Notes: generated by a model not told the origin, from the sequence alone. Counted from the first letter of the stretch, positions 12,901 through 26,517 are shown. The stretch is 64,000 bases of DNA from Cyanophora paradoxa CCMP329 (GCA_004431415.1 QPMI01000452.1:124001-188000); one strand, 5' to 3'. Numbers and translations: made by a program.

Positions 12901-15900
12901 TGGAACTACAGGTGCGCTGCGATTAAAACGACGAGACACGTGCTGTTGCATTCTTTAAATGACGTATTGTTTTCCAGCGAAGCGCTGGGCGAGGGCCTAG
13001 CGGACTCTATCAACTCCACTGTGCAAGTTGTTGGCGTTCGACTCAACTGCTCATCGAGCGGGTACCGGGCGGCCAACCTTTCTCGAATTCTGTGCACCGT
13101 GCAGCCACTTCCTGCGCCGGGCGGAGTCTTAGTGAGCCCCTCACGTCCGACTTTGTGCTGAGCAGCTCTGGCCTCACCGTAGACCTGCTCGAGACGTGTT
13201 CAGCCGATAGAGACCCGGCTGAGTGCTCATTTACGTTGCCGTTCTACATTGAGTCCAGCGGCCCGAGCGCGGAACTGGAGTTGCGATACTCGCAGGACGT
13301 CGATCTGCACATGAGCCATGCGACCGATTCGCCTGCCCACTTCTCCGTAATATGTAAGTATCGAGATATCAATTTTGATATCGACTTAGATCTCGCGTTG
13401 ATCTGGACGCTTGGAAACCTCGCTTACGCTGCCTCGTGCATTTGCGCAGCGGCGCACCTGTCATGCGATAGAAATCGCACTGCCATCAATGGCACCTTCG
13501 TATGCGCCGTGCATCGCAACCCTCTTTCGGCCGGCCTCATGCTCAGTGCGCTGTCAAAGATCCACTTTTGAATATCTATAAGCACTGCTCGCGTTGACAA
13601 AAGTTACTCCAGGCGACTTGAAGGCGATTGCTTTCATCCATTCGTCGGGCGAAGATATTGACAGCGAGATAAGCGTCAATCTTACGGAGTCCAGCGCGGA
13701 CCAAATCGCATTTGCGATCCAAATCGGAATCCTTGGTACCGCACGCGCTTCTATGAACTTTTCGGCGGCCATCGGTGGTTCGCCTCTGCCCGCCAGCAAC
13801 ACGGCCGTCGACGTTGTCGGCGCGGTCCTTGAATGCAACGGGACGACGCGAGCAGCCAATGGATCCAGCGTTCTTTGTTCTATCTCACAGCAGCCTGGCT
13901 CATCTCCGCTCGCCCCCTCTGACTTTGAGGTCCTTTCAGCCGCTGGCCCGTCAGTTATGCCTGCCCCGCTCACCGTCTGCACCGGCTCTAGCGCGGTCTG
14001 CGCGTTCCACTTCCTCGCACCCGTCGCCGCACATGCGGATGCCACTCTCGTGGCCGTCAAGTATGCAGAAGTGGTCGATGCATCGCGCGCGCACGTCTCG
14101 AACTCGCCCATCTCCATTTCGCTTATTTGTGCGGCTATTTTACTTGATTATTTGTGTCATTCACAAAACCCCGAAAATGCCCTTTAGTGAGCTGATATAG
14201 CTATATATACATATTCTACGCTAACTTGAAAATACGCAGCGGTCGACGCGGAATGCGAGCGCAACCGCACCGCGCTGAACGGGACCATTGTGTGCTCCCT
14301 GCGGCGTCGCGCAAACTCTGCAGATCTGCTTTCCGGCGACTTTGTGGGTCCGTTCTACGTGAACGCAACCAGCCATTCGACAGAGCCGCTCCCAGCTGCT
14401 TCGCAACTCAATTTCTCGGCTTCTGCTGAACAGCAATCTCATCTCATTCAACTCTCTGATCGCCTTGGTGCAGTCGACATTGCATGGAGATACAGGTGCG
14501 CAATTCGCAAGTGCACGATCGCGATGAAGCGTTTGTGCAAGAATAAAACAATTCTATATAAGAACGCATCCGCTGATCGTGGAGCACGATCAGCCTATCC
14601 GTCCACAACTCGGAGGCTCTCGTTGCACCCGGCCCCATTACATTGGATGTCATCGCGGCGAATGTTTCGTGTTCTTCGTTGCGCGTCGCCAACGGCTCGC
14701 GCACGCAATGTGCCATTCGTCTCCTCCCGGGCTCGGCGTTCTCTTCCAAAGCCGACTACGTCTTTACGAGCAACGAGACGACGTCAAGCACGCTTGTACA
14801 AGAGCCGCAAGATTGCCCTCCGCCGTGCGTGGCCACGTTCGAAGTGCGAATCGAGTCGGAGGGCAGTCGTGCTGAGGTGCCCGTCAAGTACGGACAGCCG
14901 CTCGACTCGTCTCTCTCGCACGTGCAGCGCTCTCCTGTGCATGTCGATGTTGTTGGTGAGCGTCGTTGAATTGCAAGCAAATCCGAATATTCCGGAGTCC
15001 TCAAAATTTTGTTTGCGCACGCAGCTGCGGAAGTGTCGTGCTCAACCTTGCGCGCTGCAGTGAGTGCAGCCTTCAACTGCACCGTCACCCCTCGCGCCGC
15101 CTCTGCGTTGATGGTTGCGACGGACCTCTTGCCGCCGTCCTCGAGCGATGCAAATGTGGTCGCGGGAGCCCCTGAGCCGCCTTTCATCTACACAGTCCGC
15201 GTGCCATCGGCGCACCCCGGCGTCGTCCTGAACTGGACCTACAACGAGGTCATCGGTGGCGGAGCCGTGCCACAGCTCACGGGCCCCATCGCGGTTGTCG
15301 ACGCTACTGCGATGTGCGATTCGCTGCGCCTCGCCGTCTCCGCAACCACAGTTTGCCGCGTTGTCCCGAATCCGCTCTCTGGCTCTCCGAATGTCCTCAC
15401 GGACGATATCTCGGCTGACAATGCGACTACCGAGCCACTTCTGCTCGGCAGCCTCGAGTCTTGCACAGCCAATTCAACCTGTGGCGTCACATTCACTGTG
15501 CAGGCAACTCGGCTGCAGCCCGAGGCCAACATCACGATCCGCTATGCGCAAGCAATCGACCCGGATGAGCGCCCTCTGTCTTCGTCGCCTGTCCGCATGT
15601 CGTTGATATGTGCGCCCAAGAACAAATCCTATATATAGCTAGATCTTTTGTTATAAACGTACTCTAGAGCTCTTTACCTATAGCTATCTTTTCCTAATGT
15701 GCGCGGCACGCGCACTCTGCAGCTGCCACTGCGTCGTGCACGCGGAACCGGTCGGCCATTAACGCGCCCATTATGTGCACGATGACAAAGGAAGATGCAT
15801 CCGCTGATCTCGTCTCTGGTGCGCGCGCAAACTGTTTTCCCTCCTTTGCCCTCGACAGCTCTGTCAGCAGTTGCGATATTTGAAATTGTTTATACGCAGG

Positions 15901-18900
15901 CGACTTTGAAAACGCGCTTCTATCATCGACATCGCCGGCTGGGCTGCAATTGCGCAACGTTCCAATCAATGCAACAACGGAGCCAACATTGGTATCTGTA
16001 TCACTCCGCACGTCGCTTCTTGGTGCTGGCATGAGAATTGCGTGGAACTATAGCGCCCCACTCGGAGGGCTGCCAGTGCCTAGCGACAACACTACGGTGA
16101 TTGACGTAGTGGGGGCCAGCCTCTCCTGCGCCACGAGTCGCCTTTTCAACGGCTCTCGGACGACGTGCTGGATCCACGAGCTCCCCGGTTCAGCTCCCTC
16201 GAGGCGCGCGACCTAGAAGTGTCAACATCGGAGCCCGGCAGGACGCACATCAGCCTCTGGCCCGTGCGAGGCAAACGGGACCGGCAGCGCGTCGTGCAGC
16301 TTCGAGTTCCACGTGCGACTGACGTCTGGCACGCCGATGGAGTCCGTGGCGATTATTGTGCGCTACAACCGGGCCATCGACCCAGAAGCGAGCCACATCG
16401 AGCAGTCGCCGTTCAATATCACCACTCTTTTCCTTGGTCAGCATTAAATTAAATAAATAAGCCCGACACGCGCTTTCTCTCTACTAACTCGGGCGTGACT
16501 TCAACGCGCATGCGCAGCCAACACTGTTGCGTGCCCAAGGCAGCGACTGGCTCGCTTTGGCAACGTAACCTGCACACTGTCTCGCGCGACAGGCAGTGCT
16601 GCGCTGATACCGTCAGATGTTGCTGTGTATTCTGCCCCATCTTTCGATTACACAACGGTTCGAGCGACCGCAAGCGGAGACCTCAATTTTACAGTGATTG
16701 CAGCGAATGCGACCGCACAAGAAGGAAACCTTGTCGGGGTGAGTAGAGGGCGATGTTTTGAACGCCAAAGCGACCACTCACAGCGAGTCCTCTCAGCTTC
16801 GCCTGGCGCCGCCGGCCGACTCCGAGCTGACGAACCTCACCCTGCGCTTTGTGGCAATAGAAGGACGCCTGCACTGCAAACGTGGTCGCGCGCATCTGAG
16901 AGCAGTCACTTCGTGTCGAATTGTGTCCAACAGTAACTTCACTGCTCTCGAGCCCTCGGATGTCGGCAATGCGCTGGCGGATCCGCCGCTCGCCCTTGTT
17001 TACACCATGCCGTCAAATCCGTGGACTATAGTGGCGAACAAAATGGACTGCAGCAATTGCCTCGAGTCCTCCCTTGCTGTCCAGATCCCTTCTTCTGCTC
17101 GGCTTTCCGTCTTCTGGTCGGCCGCTGTGGGAAGTGCAATCTTGCCTGTCGGTGAAGTTGAGATCGGTATAATTTCGGCGAACCTAACTTGCGGCGACTC
17201 GCAACCAAAAACTCGCCGCGTGCTAGGGCAAACACTTCGCTGCCGCGTTGTGCGCCAGCCGGGCTCGCCGCCGCTGCAGCGATTCGACTTCAACTCCTCT
17301 GTTGCCTACGTCTTCTTGCCGAACGGCACCGTCGCAGACCGGCCCCCGCTACAGCCCGACGAAGCGACAGGCGACCTCGTTTTCTCAACGAAACTCGCAG
17401 CAATCGCACGCGAGGTTGCGGTTAATGTTTTCTTTAACGAAACGCTCTCCGATGTGCAAGTGCATGCTGTAAATGGATCGGACCACCGTGTGGACGTCGT
17501 TGCAGCCGCACTGTCCTGTGTGCCGAACCGCCGCACGGGTCGCTCCTCTTCTGTCTGCACCCTGAAGGCCCTCGAAAGCACCGCCGATATCCTCGTGTCA
17601 GACTTTGAGCTGCCGGTCGTCTCTGCCCCAGCTACAGGCTATCTTGCGATTGGGGCCTTCGCGCAAGATTCGGCCCGCCACATTAGCTTCTCTGTTCGCA
17701 GCCTGCAACTTGGCCGATATAATATTAGCACGGCATACAGAGCTAGCATTGCGCCGGACCGCTCAAGCGTTGCAGAATCGTCGAGCCTGCCGCATCTTGT
17801 GGATTGGATCGGCTTCATCGAGGCACGCCTGTCGTGCGCCGCGCGCGACTTTGAAGTACGGCAGAGCATGGATTGCCTCCTCTCTCCCGTCAACGGCAGC
17901 GCAGCACTTCGGCCTGAAGAGTTTCTTCCGCCAACATTCTCCCCCTTGGATGCTCAGTTATCTGCCTCGGCTTACAGTGCCGCGCCGGATCGACCCGGCT
18001 TTGTTGTCTTCAATGTAACCGGCGCTCGCATCGCGGATCTTGCCGCCGTCTCCGTCGAGTACGGGCGTTCGGTAGACGAGCGCAACGACAACACGGCCGG
18101 TCCTGTGACTGGCAGCCCGTATCAATTCTCTGTTCGAGGGCGCATGCGTCTCAGCGAGTGCCGCTTCGTCTTCAATGGCGACATTTACATGCGTTTCAAT
18201 CTCGACACACTCCAACTGGGATCGCCAGCCCTTCAACAATCCTTGCCCCAGCTTCGGCGGCACTTGTCGGCCCAAGTCAGCAAATTTTATTGAATCTTTA
18301 AGTTTGCCTCTTTCGTCATTGTTTTGGACACTTTATAATTAATTCGATTTGTTGTTTTGGACACTTTATAATTAATTCGATTTGCAGGCGCCACGGCAAC
18401 CTGGTCATCCACCAAAGAACTGCTCTTTGTACTCGGAAGTGACGCAACTATTCGAGTGGGCGACACGCTTCAGCTCGCTGTACCTGTGTACGCCAGTGAT
18501 GGAACAGGGGACTATGCTATGGGCCTTTGCGACGTGCTTCCGCCTGTTCCATGGTCTATCCAGCGATCGCAATGAAGGCGAGCTAGATTTGCGATATATA
18601 TAATTACAGTCGGCTGCTGACAGATCCCGGTCCGTCTATCGTGATTAGGTGCCTGGCGATGTTGCTTGGTGTCGACGGGCTACAGTCACGGCGAGCCTTC
18701 TATCAGGATCTGGCAAGCGCGCCGTCGATGTCAAGTGGGACTGCGCCGATGAAGACAGCTGCGCGATCTCCAGCCTCGTCAGGGACGGACTGCGCGAGGC
18801 CTCGGGCAGCGCCGCGGCACGATCCACGCTCACGCTGTCCAAGGACATTCCGTATGGGCGCAACTACTCGTTGACTGTTACCGCAACCAACTTTTTCGGC

Positions 18901-21900
18901 GGCGTAACGATCATTCCAGTTCGAGTATTCAAATCGATGGGTACTCCGCCGCTGCTGCAAATGGATGGGGGCACCACTATCCGCACTTTGAAACAGCGTC
19001 TGACGGTGCGCGTGCATATTCGACTTGCAGCTGCTTGTGTCTAGATCTGCTCTCTCCTCCTGCTTTAAATTTTCATGGCAATGATCAATCTCAATATGCA
19101 CGTGTTAACCTATTCTTCCGCGCAGACGCTGAAAGTGCTTGCTACTGCCGTAGACTGCAATGCGGACGGTGCACAATATTAAGAATATTTACCCTTTGTG
19201 TATTTCTAGAGCACGTTCCGCAAAATCGAACACCTCACCTCCTCTCGCAAATAGAACCGACGGTGCTGGAAGTTGCGACTTCGAACAACCTCTGGATTCG
19301 TTCAGCAGGCGTGACCGTCCGCTGGGTGCTGCCTGAAGTTTTGGCCGCGCGCCTTCCAGGCTCTCTCTCTACGACCAAGCCTGTACTCGTCGTGCCCAAG
19401 GGCGTCTTCACTCCCGGAGAAGTGCGCTCGGAATGCAGTACTATTCTCGATCGGATCGCGAAAGCATTCATTGTTCTGATCCGGTTTTTCTGCAGACTCT
19501 GTCTCTCACCGTTATTGCGACTGACACGACTCAAAACCCGCCCTCATCCTCGTCTCTTGGCGTCACAGTCGTCGTAGGCGAGACGGATCTCGAGGCACGC
19601 ATCGTTGGCGGGGAGCGCCTTGTGCCGCCTTTCTCCGCTCTGCGCGTGGATGCGCGTGCGAGCAGCGATCCCGACTACGGATCTCTTAGTAGACTGTCCT
19701 ACACGTGGCTCGTGTTGCCCACGGAGTCGGCAACCACGTCCTTCGAGCTTGCGGCACCTCTGTACACCTCTGGTCGGAGAACGGAAGGACTCGCCACCCT
19801 GCCTTCCCCCTCTGCAATGGGTGCGCAAAATGAGTTGCTGTCAAAGCCAATGAGTGCTGGCCATAGCTCGGATCCAGCTTCGTTGTGGTTACTTATATTA
19901 ATAATCACGTGCACACGCAGGGCTGACGCCGGGCGCGAATTACACGCTGGTGCTCCTCCTCGAGTCGCTGCGGCCGACAGGCCGGATGGTGAACGCTACG
20001 GCCACAAAGGCCCTTTTCATCTCGCCGGGTCCCGTCCCCTCCGTCGCGATCTCAGAGACGGTCCCTTCCAACCTGCTCTTCGTGCAACCGGGCGAGAGCA
20101 TCCAGATCCGGTGCGAGGCGGAGCAAGCCGACAACCCAGCATTCGCAGCCGAAGCAGGCTTCGTCTGGTCGGCCCCGGACGGCGAAGAGGAGCTCTTCAA
20201 CTTATCGAGGCTTGCGATCCGCACCTCGGCCCGTAGCTCGACGCTAGTTCTGTCGCCGTCCGCCGTCACGCTCTCTGCGGATCGTACCTACCGCATCCGC
20301 TGCTCCGCCTACGCCCAGTCGCAGGGCGTAGGGAACTCCGGTGCGCGTATACGTAATCATAACCACCTATTGCAGCGTTCATGCTGCGATTTCCGAGATT
20401 TCTTTTCAATTTCGGGCCGAGCCAACCGCTGCGAGTGCAGGGAGCCAGGATGTGGAAGTAAGAAGGATTTCCGGTCCCACGCCAGGCACGTGCTCCATCG
20501 ATCCGGCCTCCGGCATCGCCCTCAAGACGCAGGCAAGTTTTCTCTTTTGCCCCAAGCTCAATCATTGAATCTTATAAGCAGTTCGTGATCGAGTGCTCGG
20601 GATGGACGTCGCGGTACTCGGAGACGCTTCTCTACGAACTCCGCTTGATGAGCCCCACCGGAACATCCGCCATGCAGCTGAGCCAGCCGGCGCAGGCCGC
20701 GCGTGCGTCTGCCTCAATTTTGAACCTCATCGTGGTGAAGCGTAATAATTATTTGACGTTCTTTATTTTACGGCTCAGTTATCCGCACCCTGCTTCCGGC
20801 ACCATCTGCATTCTCGAACTCGAACGTGACGGTGGCGGTGATTGTGAGCGACCAGCTGACTGGCGCCCAGACGCGTCAGCTGCTGTCCGCAACCGTGTCT
20901 CTCGACGTCTCTGTTTTCGAGATGCACGCCGCCGGCACTAGTGGCGCCGTCCAAGCCGGCAAATCCGCGATCAAGGACCTGCTTTCCGCCGTCAAAAGTC
21001 GCACCGACGCGGTGTTCGAGTGAGCTGCCGTCGCTAGCGCTTTAAATTCCAGTTGGAAAGCGGCGGCCTGAGCGGGCGCAGGGACGGCGACCGGGAGGCG
21101 CTCCTGGCGGCCGTGGCGCTCGCCTCGTCGACTGTGACGGCGCTGATCGACCGGTCGGTGGGGAGCGCCTCCGTCAACCCGTCGAGCGCGGCGGCCCGCC
21201 TCGAGGACGATGAGGTGGAGGCCCTGGTCGGCCCCCTGCTCGACATGATCGGCGCGCTCGCGAGCTCCAACGGCACCGCTGCTACAAACTCCGAGTTCGT
21301 CCAGTCCATCTCTGCCGTCTCCGCCCTCTCCGATGTAGTTGTGCGGTGCGGAATTTGCGAGCGCATGCGAACGCGCGGGCGTGCGCGCGCATGCGGCGCG
21401 CGGCTCGCTTGCGTGTGACGGCGATCGCGCAGGACGTCGTCAGCGAGCATGCAGAGCAAGCTGGCCGGTTACCTGAAGGACCTGCTCGGCTCGCTCGACC
21501 CGTGCACGAGCATCGAGCAGGTCTCATCGCTCCTACTCGGCGCGGCCGACTCCTTCGCCTCCTCGACGTCGTGGGGCAATGGCGACGCCACCCTGTCCGA
21601 GGTCGTGCAGGAAGCGCTGCGCCGGTTTGCTGCCCGCGCAGCGGCTTGCAGCGCGTGCGGGCAGGAGCCCGTCGGCACGACCGGCCTCCGCCTCTCGCTC
21701 CTCTACACGCGCGTGTGCGCCGAAGCAACGGGCGACACCCGGATGACGACTGGCGACGGCACCGGTGCCGCTGGCGGCTCCCTTGTGCCAGCCTCCGTCG
21801 CGTTTGGTCGAGGCGTTCGCGAGCTCGTGCTCGCTCAGTCCTCCAACTCCTCTTCTTACACCGCCACAACAACGGCCCACCTGCGCTCGCCCTATCCTAC

Positions 21901-22998
21901 CGCCACCAGCGACTCTTCCGCGTCCATGTGCGACCGCTTACGATTCCGCTGTTTAATTTCGAAACACATCTAGATTAAAGATCACGTGCACTTTGCAGCA
22001 ACGCAACGGGCCTTGTGCTTGACGTGGATGTGACGGGATTCGATATTCAGAATCTCACCGACCTTATCCGAATCGAGATTCCTGTGCGTGATCATGAATT
22101 GAAGCAGTGTCATGAGTGTGGGCTTTGATTATATAATTACAATTGACGCCACGGATCCGGGGCAGTTCCCGCCGGCCTTCCTTCCCACGCTGCCCATGTC
22201 CTTGATTTTCTGGAGGGCAAACGCCACCGTCAATGCGAACGGCACTGGTGTGGCTTCCATTTATTATTGCGCCTTCATATTTGGATTGCCCATATCGTAA
22301 ACTTCGATTTCCCGCGCTCGCGTGTTTTCAGTGAGCGGCGCGTGGGCGATCGCTGGCAACATTACAGAGCTGCAGAACCGTACGACCTCCATCGGCACGG
22401 TGCGTACGGACATTAGTATTGGAGTCCATTGCGATTCTCCAGCGCGCCATGATCACGTTCAGTGCTGACTTTAATTTGGGCGCGCAGTGGTACTTTGTCG
22501 GCATCGGCTTCACTTCGTGCGCACATATATGCATTCGCATGTTTCCGGCTTTTTGCACTGACGGGGGTCTGCCGCGGTTTGCGCAGCCACTTGACGAGCT
22601 TCAGCATCGGGCCCGCTATCACTGCGCGAAGTGTCGTACCAGGCGGTGCTTCTGCGGGCATGGCAGACTGGCAGACGCCCGGGCCCCATGGCCAGCAAGC
22701 CCCGAGTGGGGAGGCCGTGCCGCCGTGGGGCATTGCCCTGATTTGCGTCGGCGCCTTCGCCGTCGTTGTCCTCGTCGTCGTGGTGGCCATACGGGCGCGG
22801 CGCCGCGCCAGCAACTCGGCGTGGAAGTGGCCGGCAGCGGGCAGCCGCGTTCACGATGAACGGCACAGCAATGCACATGCTGATGTCGGCGGCCGCGGCG
22901 CCGCCTCCCTGACGGACATTGTGACGGTCCCGCGGCCGGCAGCGATGACGCAGCCGCTGACAGTCAACGTGACGTCGACAGTTATACAAGAAGCGTAG
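9932..22998 (+). CDS. Giant REJ-GAIN single-pass receptor, copy 2; 5'-truncated by the junction and probably promoterless
   Basis: First exon follows the acceptor gtcgctcggcag|gggccaga, ~24 nt after the junction. At least 22 repeats of ~110 aa lie between 9.9 and 18.1 kb, then REJ (~18.6-21 kb), GAIN/GPS (~22.0-22.6 kb) and TM (~22720-22790). Stop at 22996-22998. No signal peptide or start exon is visible. Confidence 0.8.
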
Positions 22999-24073
22999 AA
23001 TAAATCGATGACTGGCGCGCGCGCCCGAAACTGTTCTTCATTTATATATATATATACATTCCTCAGCCGCGCGCCAGGTTTTCATTCGAATTCCCTATAG
23101 CAAGCTATTAAGCTGTTTGACAGAAATTAAAGAAGCAGCAGATGAAAATAGAATCAAACTTCGAAAGCCACATGGATAGTGACAGTTCTAGTATTCCGTA
23201 TACGTAGTCGAGTTTCGAATTTCGAAAACGCAAAATAGTTGAGAGTAATAGACGTCGTAGTTACAGATCGGAAAAGCATGTCTGCAGCTGTGTATGTGCG
23301 TAGGTGTTAGAACCTACCTCCAGGTAACAGCGAGTCTGTAAACGTAGATTTGATCGATAATACAAGCGAGTCCCTGCGGACCGGAGCAGGCCTAGGAGTG
23401 GCCTTAAGCTTGGGTCTTGGGGCTTCAAGGGCCATCGATATCGATATCAAAGCGTGAGGGTGGCCGCTCAATGTTTCTTAAACAGGGTCCCGGAGCGTTT
23501 TTTACCGCGCGCGGTTATTTATTACACGGGCGAGAGAGCTCGAGAATGAGAAAATAAAAAGCGGGGGGCCACTCAAGTAAAAGGGGACAGAATTGTGCCG
23601 CGAGGGTACGTAGACAGATCAATCTGCGGATATGCATGCGGCCGGCCGCGGGATCCCGAGTCCGGAGCTTGAATATTAATATTTTAATTGATCATGAGTC
23701 GCCAAGTTGGGACTCGCGATCGGGAGTTGGGACTCGGGACTCGAGCTCGCGATCGGGAGTCAAAACGTCGAGTCGTCGTCGACGTCCGACGGTCGCCACC
23801 GTACCGTACGCGTGAGGCGGCGTGACGGTCGACTGTACCAGCTATAATTTAGGCAGCAAAACTGTCAGTGTACATGTACCAGGCTAGCAGGTAGCATGCG
23901 GGGCCCGTATTCCGCCGCCCAATCGGCCGCATTAGTACCGAGTACAGGGGCCCATTCGCTTGTTTCAGCTGATTACATATATAACGTTGGTTGAGGATCC
24001 GGAGGGCTGCCCCCCTGAAACCGGGCGCAGGCAGGCAGGCGGAGCTGGGTGCGCCGTCACCCCCACTGGTACC

Positions 24074-24183
24074 TAAGAAAGTCTGTTTCCCGGGGGAAAC
24101 AGTTGCATGTTTCCCTATAGGCGCATGTTTCCCGGCTAGCCGGGAAACCCGTGCATGTTTCCCCCGGGAAACAGACTTTCTTA
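24074..24183. mobile_element. 110-bp MITE-like palindromic element, copy 2
   Basis: Identical to 7844-7953 and carried by the segmental duplication. Confidence 0.6.
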
Positions 24184-24927
24184 AGCCCCAGTGCCCGGGC
24201 CCTCCCCCCCCCTCCCCCCTCTAGATCTCCCCCGAAGAGGACGGGGGCGACCGTGGCGCGGCCCCCTCGACGAGGGCGCCCCTCCCCCTCCCATCTGTAC
24301 CCCTCCTCAAGAGGGCGGAGGGCAAGGGTGGGGTCCGGGGCGCGTGAGAAGGGGAAGAGCCCCGAGGCCCCCCCCCCCCCCCCCCCCCCCAGCAAGGGCG
24401 CCCCCCTTCCGCCCTTCCCCTCCCAAGATCCAGATGCCCGGCCAGGTGCAGCTGCAGATAGAAGAGAGATCTAGAACTGGCACCGCTGCATGTACGTATA
24501 CATGTGGATCCGGACTGCGAATCCGATCCGATCTGCGTACCATTAATATTGCGTATATCTATACGCCCTACGGTAGCCTCTTTTGAGTGGAGCAGGGAGC
24601 GCAGGAGCGCAAACGTTTAAAGGAGGGAAATCGGCTCGTGATGGGCGAGGGCGAGCGGCAAGTCGTCGGCTCCGGCGCCGGCCTGCCGCGACTCGTGATC
24701 AGTGACCGACTCGGCATCATGGCATTAATATTGGCAACAGTACTCGCGATCGGCATTAATATTGGCACTCGGCACCGCGTGCACGGAGACGGCTGAGTAA
24801 CTAATTCTAGCGATCTAGATCTAGAGATAAGATCTAGGTATGAGTGCGTGTGCAGCCAATGCCATGATGATGAGCGCGACCACCGGCGCACTGCGGCAGC
24901 CGATGATCTAGAGGTACGGGAGCGCAC

Positions 24928-26517
24928 CGGAGCGTCGGCCCCGTCGACGTCGCTGGCGACTGCAGCGGCATCGTCCAAGGCGGCGGCGGAGGCGGCGTTG
25001 CCCTCGAACCCGGCCTCGACTCCCTCGGACGGGTCGTACGCGTAGGGGGCCATGGCCAGCTGCACGTCGAAGGCGCCGGTGTCCACCTCGGCCGTCTCAG
25101 TCTGTGCGAGCACGTGGCGCGCGCGTGCACGTCACGGCGTGGGTCCGACGGTCAGAAAATGTGCGCGAAACATGAAAATCATGTGCATGCGCGCACGGTT
25201 TGCATGTCGGAGTCGAGGAGCGCCTTGTTCTCTTTGGAAGCAAATTCAATCAGGTTCTTGACGTTCGGCGGCGCGTTCTGCGCGCGCATGCGAAGCGCGC
25301 GGGGTTATGAACGTCGCGATCGACGAGCTCGCGTGTCGATATATGCGCCGAATCAAGAGATCGAGCTATAGTTCAAGTTAAGGTCCAGGCATGCACATGC
25401 TCAAGCACTCACCCAGAGCTCGTCACTAAGAATCTGCGCGCACAATTGCAAGCATGATCATGATCAATGAGTCTGAATTTCGAGTTCCGAAGTTCTAATC
25501 TTACTGCGCATGCAATGGCAATTTGCAAACTTTACTCCAATAACCTCTATGTGTGAACTCGTCCTTGAATTATATAATTACTAATAATTCGTGCGCGAAT
25601 ATATGCATGCAGCCTCAGCCAGCTGCAGCGCTGCAACTTGGCGCAGCTGCGGTACACTGCAGCTGCAGGCCTCTGGGCGGCGGGCGCACCGTCAACGGGT
25701 CCTTGATCAGGTTGCGGGCCTTGTCAATACCCTGATCATGAGCGCAAGGCGGTCAATTGCAAGATAAGCACGGTCAGGGAAGAAAAGTCTCAATTGCAAG
25801 TCTGGATCCGATGATCAGATCTAGATCTAAAGTCTCGCCGCGGCCGGCGCGTGAAACGTTTAACGTTCGGTCGGGAAATCGACCGCACCCCCCACGCCCA
25901 GGCGGCCTTGTTCATGTAGATGACGCCCATTCCCCTCGAGGTGACGATAGCCTGCGAATGTACACGTTGGTGCGCCGAAGCGGAGCCACCGCGCCGGCCG
26001 GCCACGGCCGGGCTGGGATCAATAATATTCCAGGGGCGGCGCGCGCGGGGCCTGCGCACACGCCGCGGCCATGCATATGGCCAGCTGCAGCGCGGCAGCT
26101 AGCTATAGGCGGCAAGCTGAAGGCGTACGAACCGAGTACGCGCCGGACTTGTCGGCCGCAGCCTTCGCGTCGTCGTAAGTCCGGAAACTGCCCTTCAAGA
26201 TGGGAATTGTGCCCGAGTAGTCGTAGGTGAATGCGTGGAACCGCCCCGCCGGCGCCGCGCGCTCCGCATCCGAGCACGGGCACATGTACATCGCCGGCGC
26301 CTTGCCCGGCCCCGCCGCCGGCGCCTTGCCCGGCCCCGCCGCCGGCGCCTCGCCCGCCGAGTTCATCGCCGGCGAGTGCATCGGCGATGGGCCGCGGGGC
26401 TCCCAGCGGCGGGAGCTCGAGGACGTCTTGTACGAACGCATCGGCGAGAGTTTGCCGAGTCGACGTCGAAGGCGGCGCGGAACTCGAAGCTGTCGACGTC
26501 GGTCACGGCGCCGGCGC
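24928..26517 (-). CDS. Hypothetical multi-exon protein; both ends uncertain
   Basis: Phase-0 exons with canonical sites: 25277-25197 (NAPPNVKNLIEFASKENKALLDSDMQT) and 25101-24928 (TETAEVDTGAFDV...DGADAP). Further candidate exons read ILSDELW, GIDKARNLIKDPLT and ...RFHAFTYDYSGTIPILKGSFRTYDDAKAAADKSGAYS. No recognisable domain. Confidence 0.5.
26292..26350 (-). repeat. 24-bp coding tandem repeat (APAAGPGK, about 2.5 copies)
   Basis: cgccgccggcgccttgcccggccc units. Confidence 0.85.

Larger units (their letters stand above)
9908..26148 (+). repeat. Tandem segmental duplication, copy 2 (complete ~16.24-kb unit)
   Basis: Begins where copy 1 stops matching copy 2 (...gccggac|cgagtcg vs ...gccggac|ttgtcgg). 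Offsets between copies are 16219-16241 bp. The left half (9908-16221) is inferred to match sequence upstream of the window. Confidence 0.9.
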
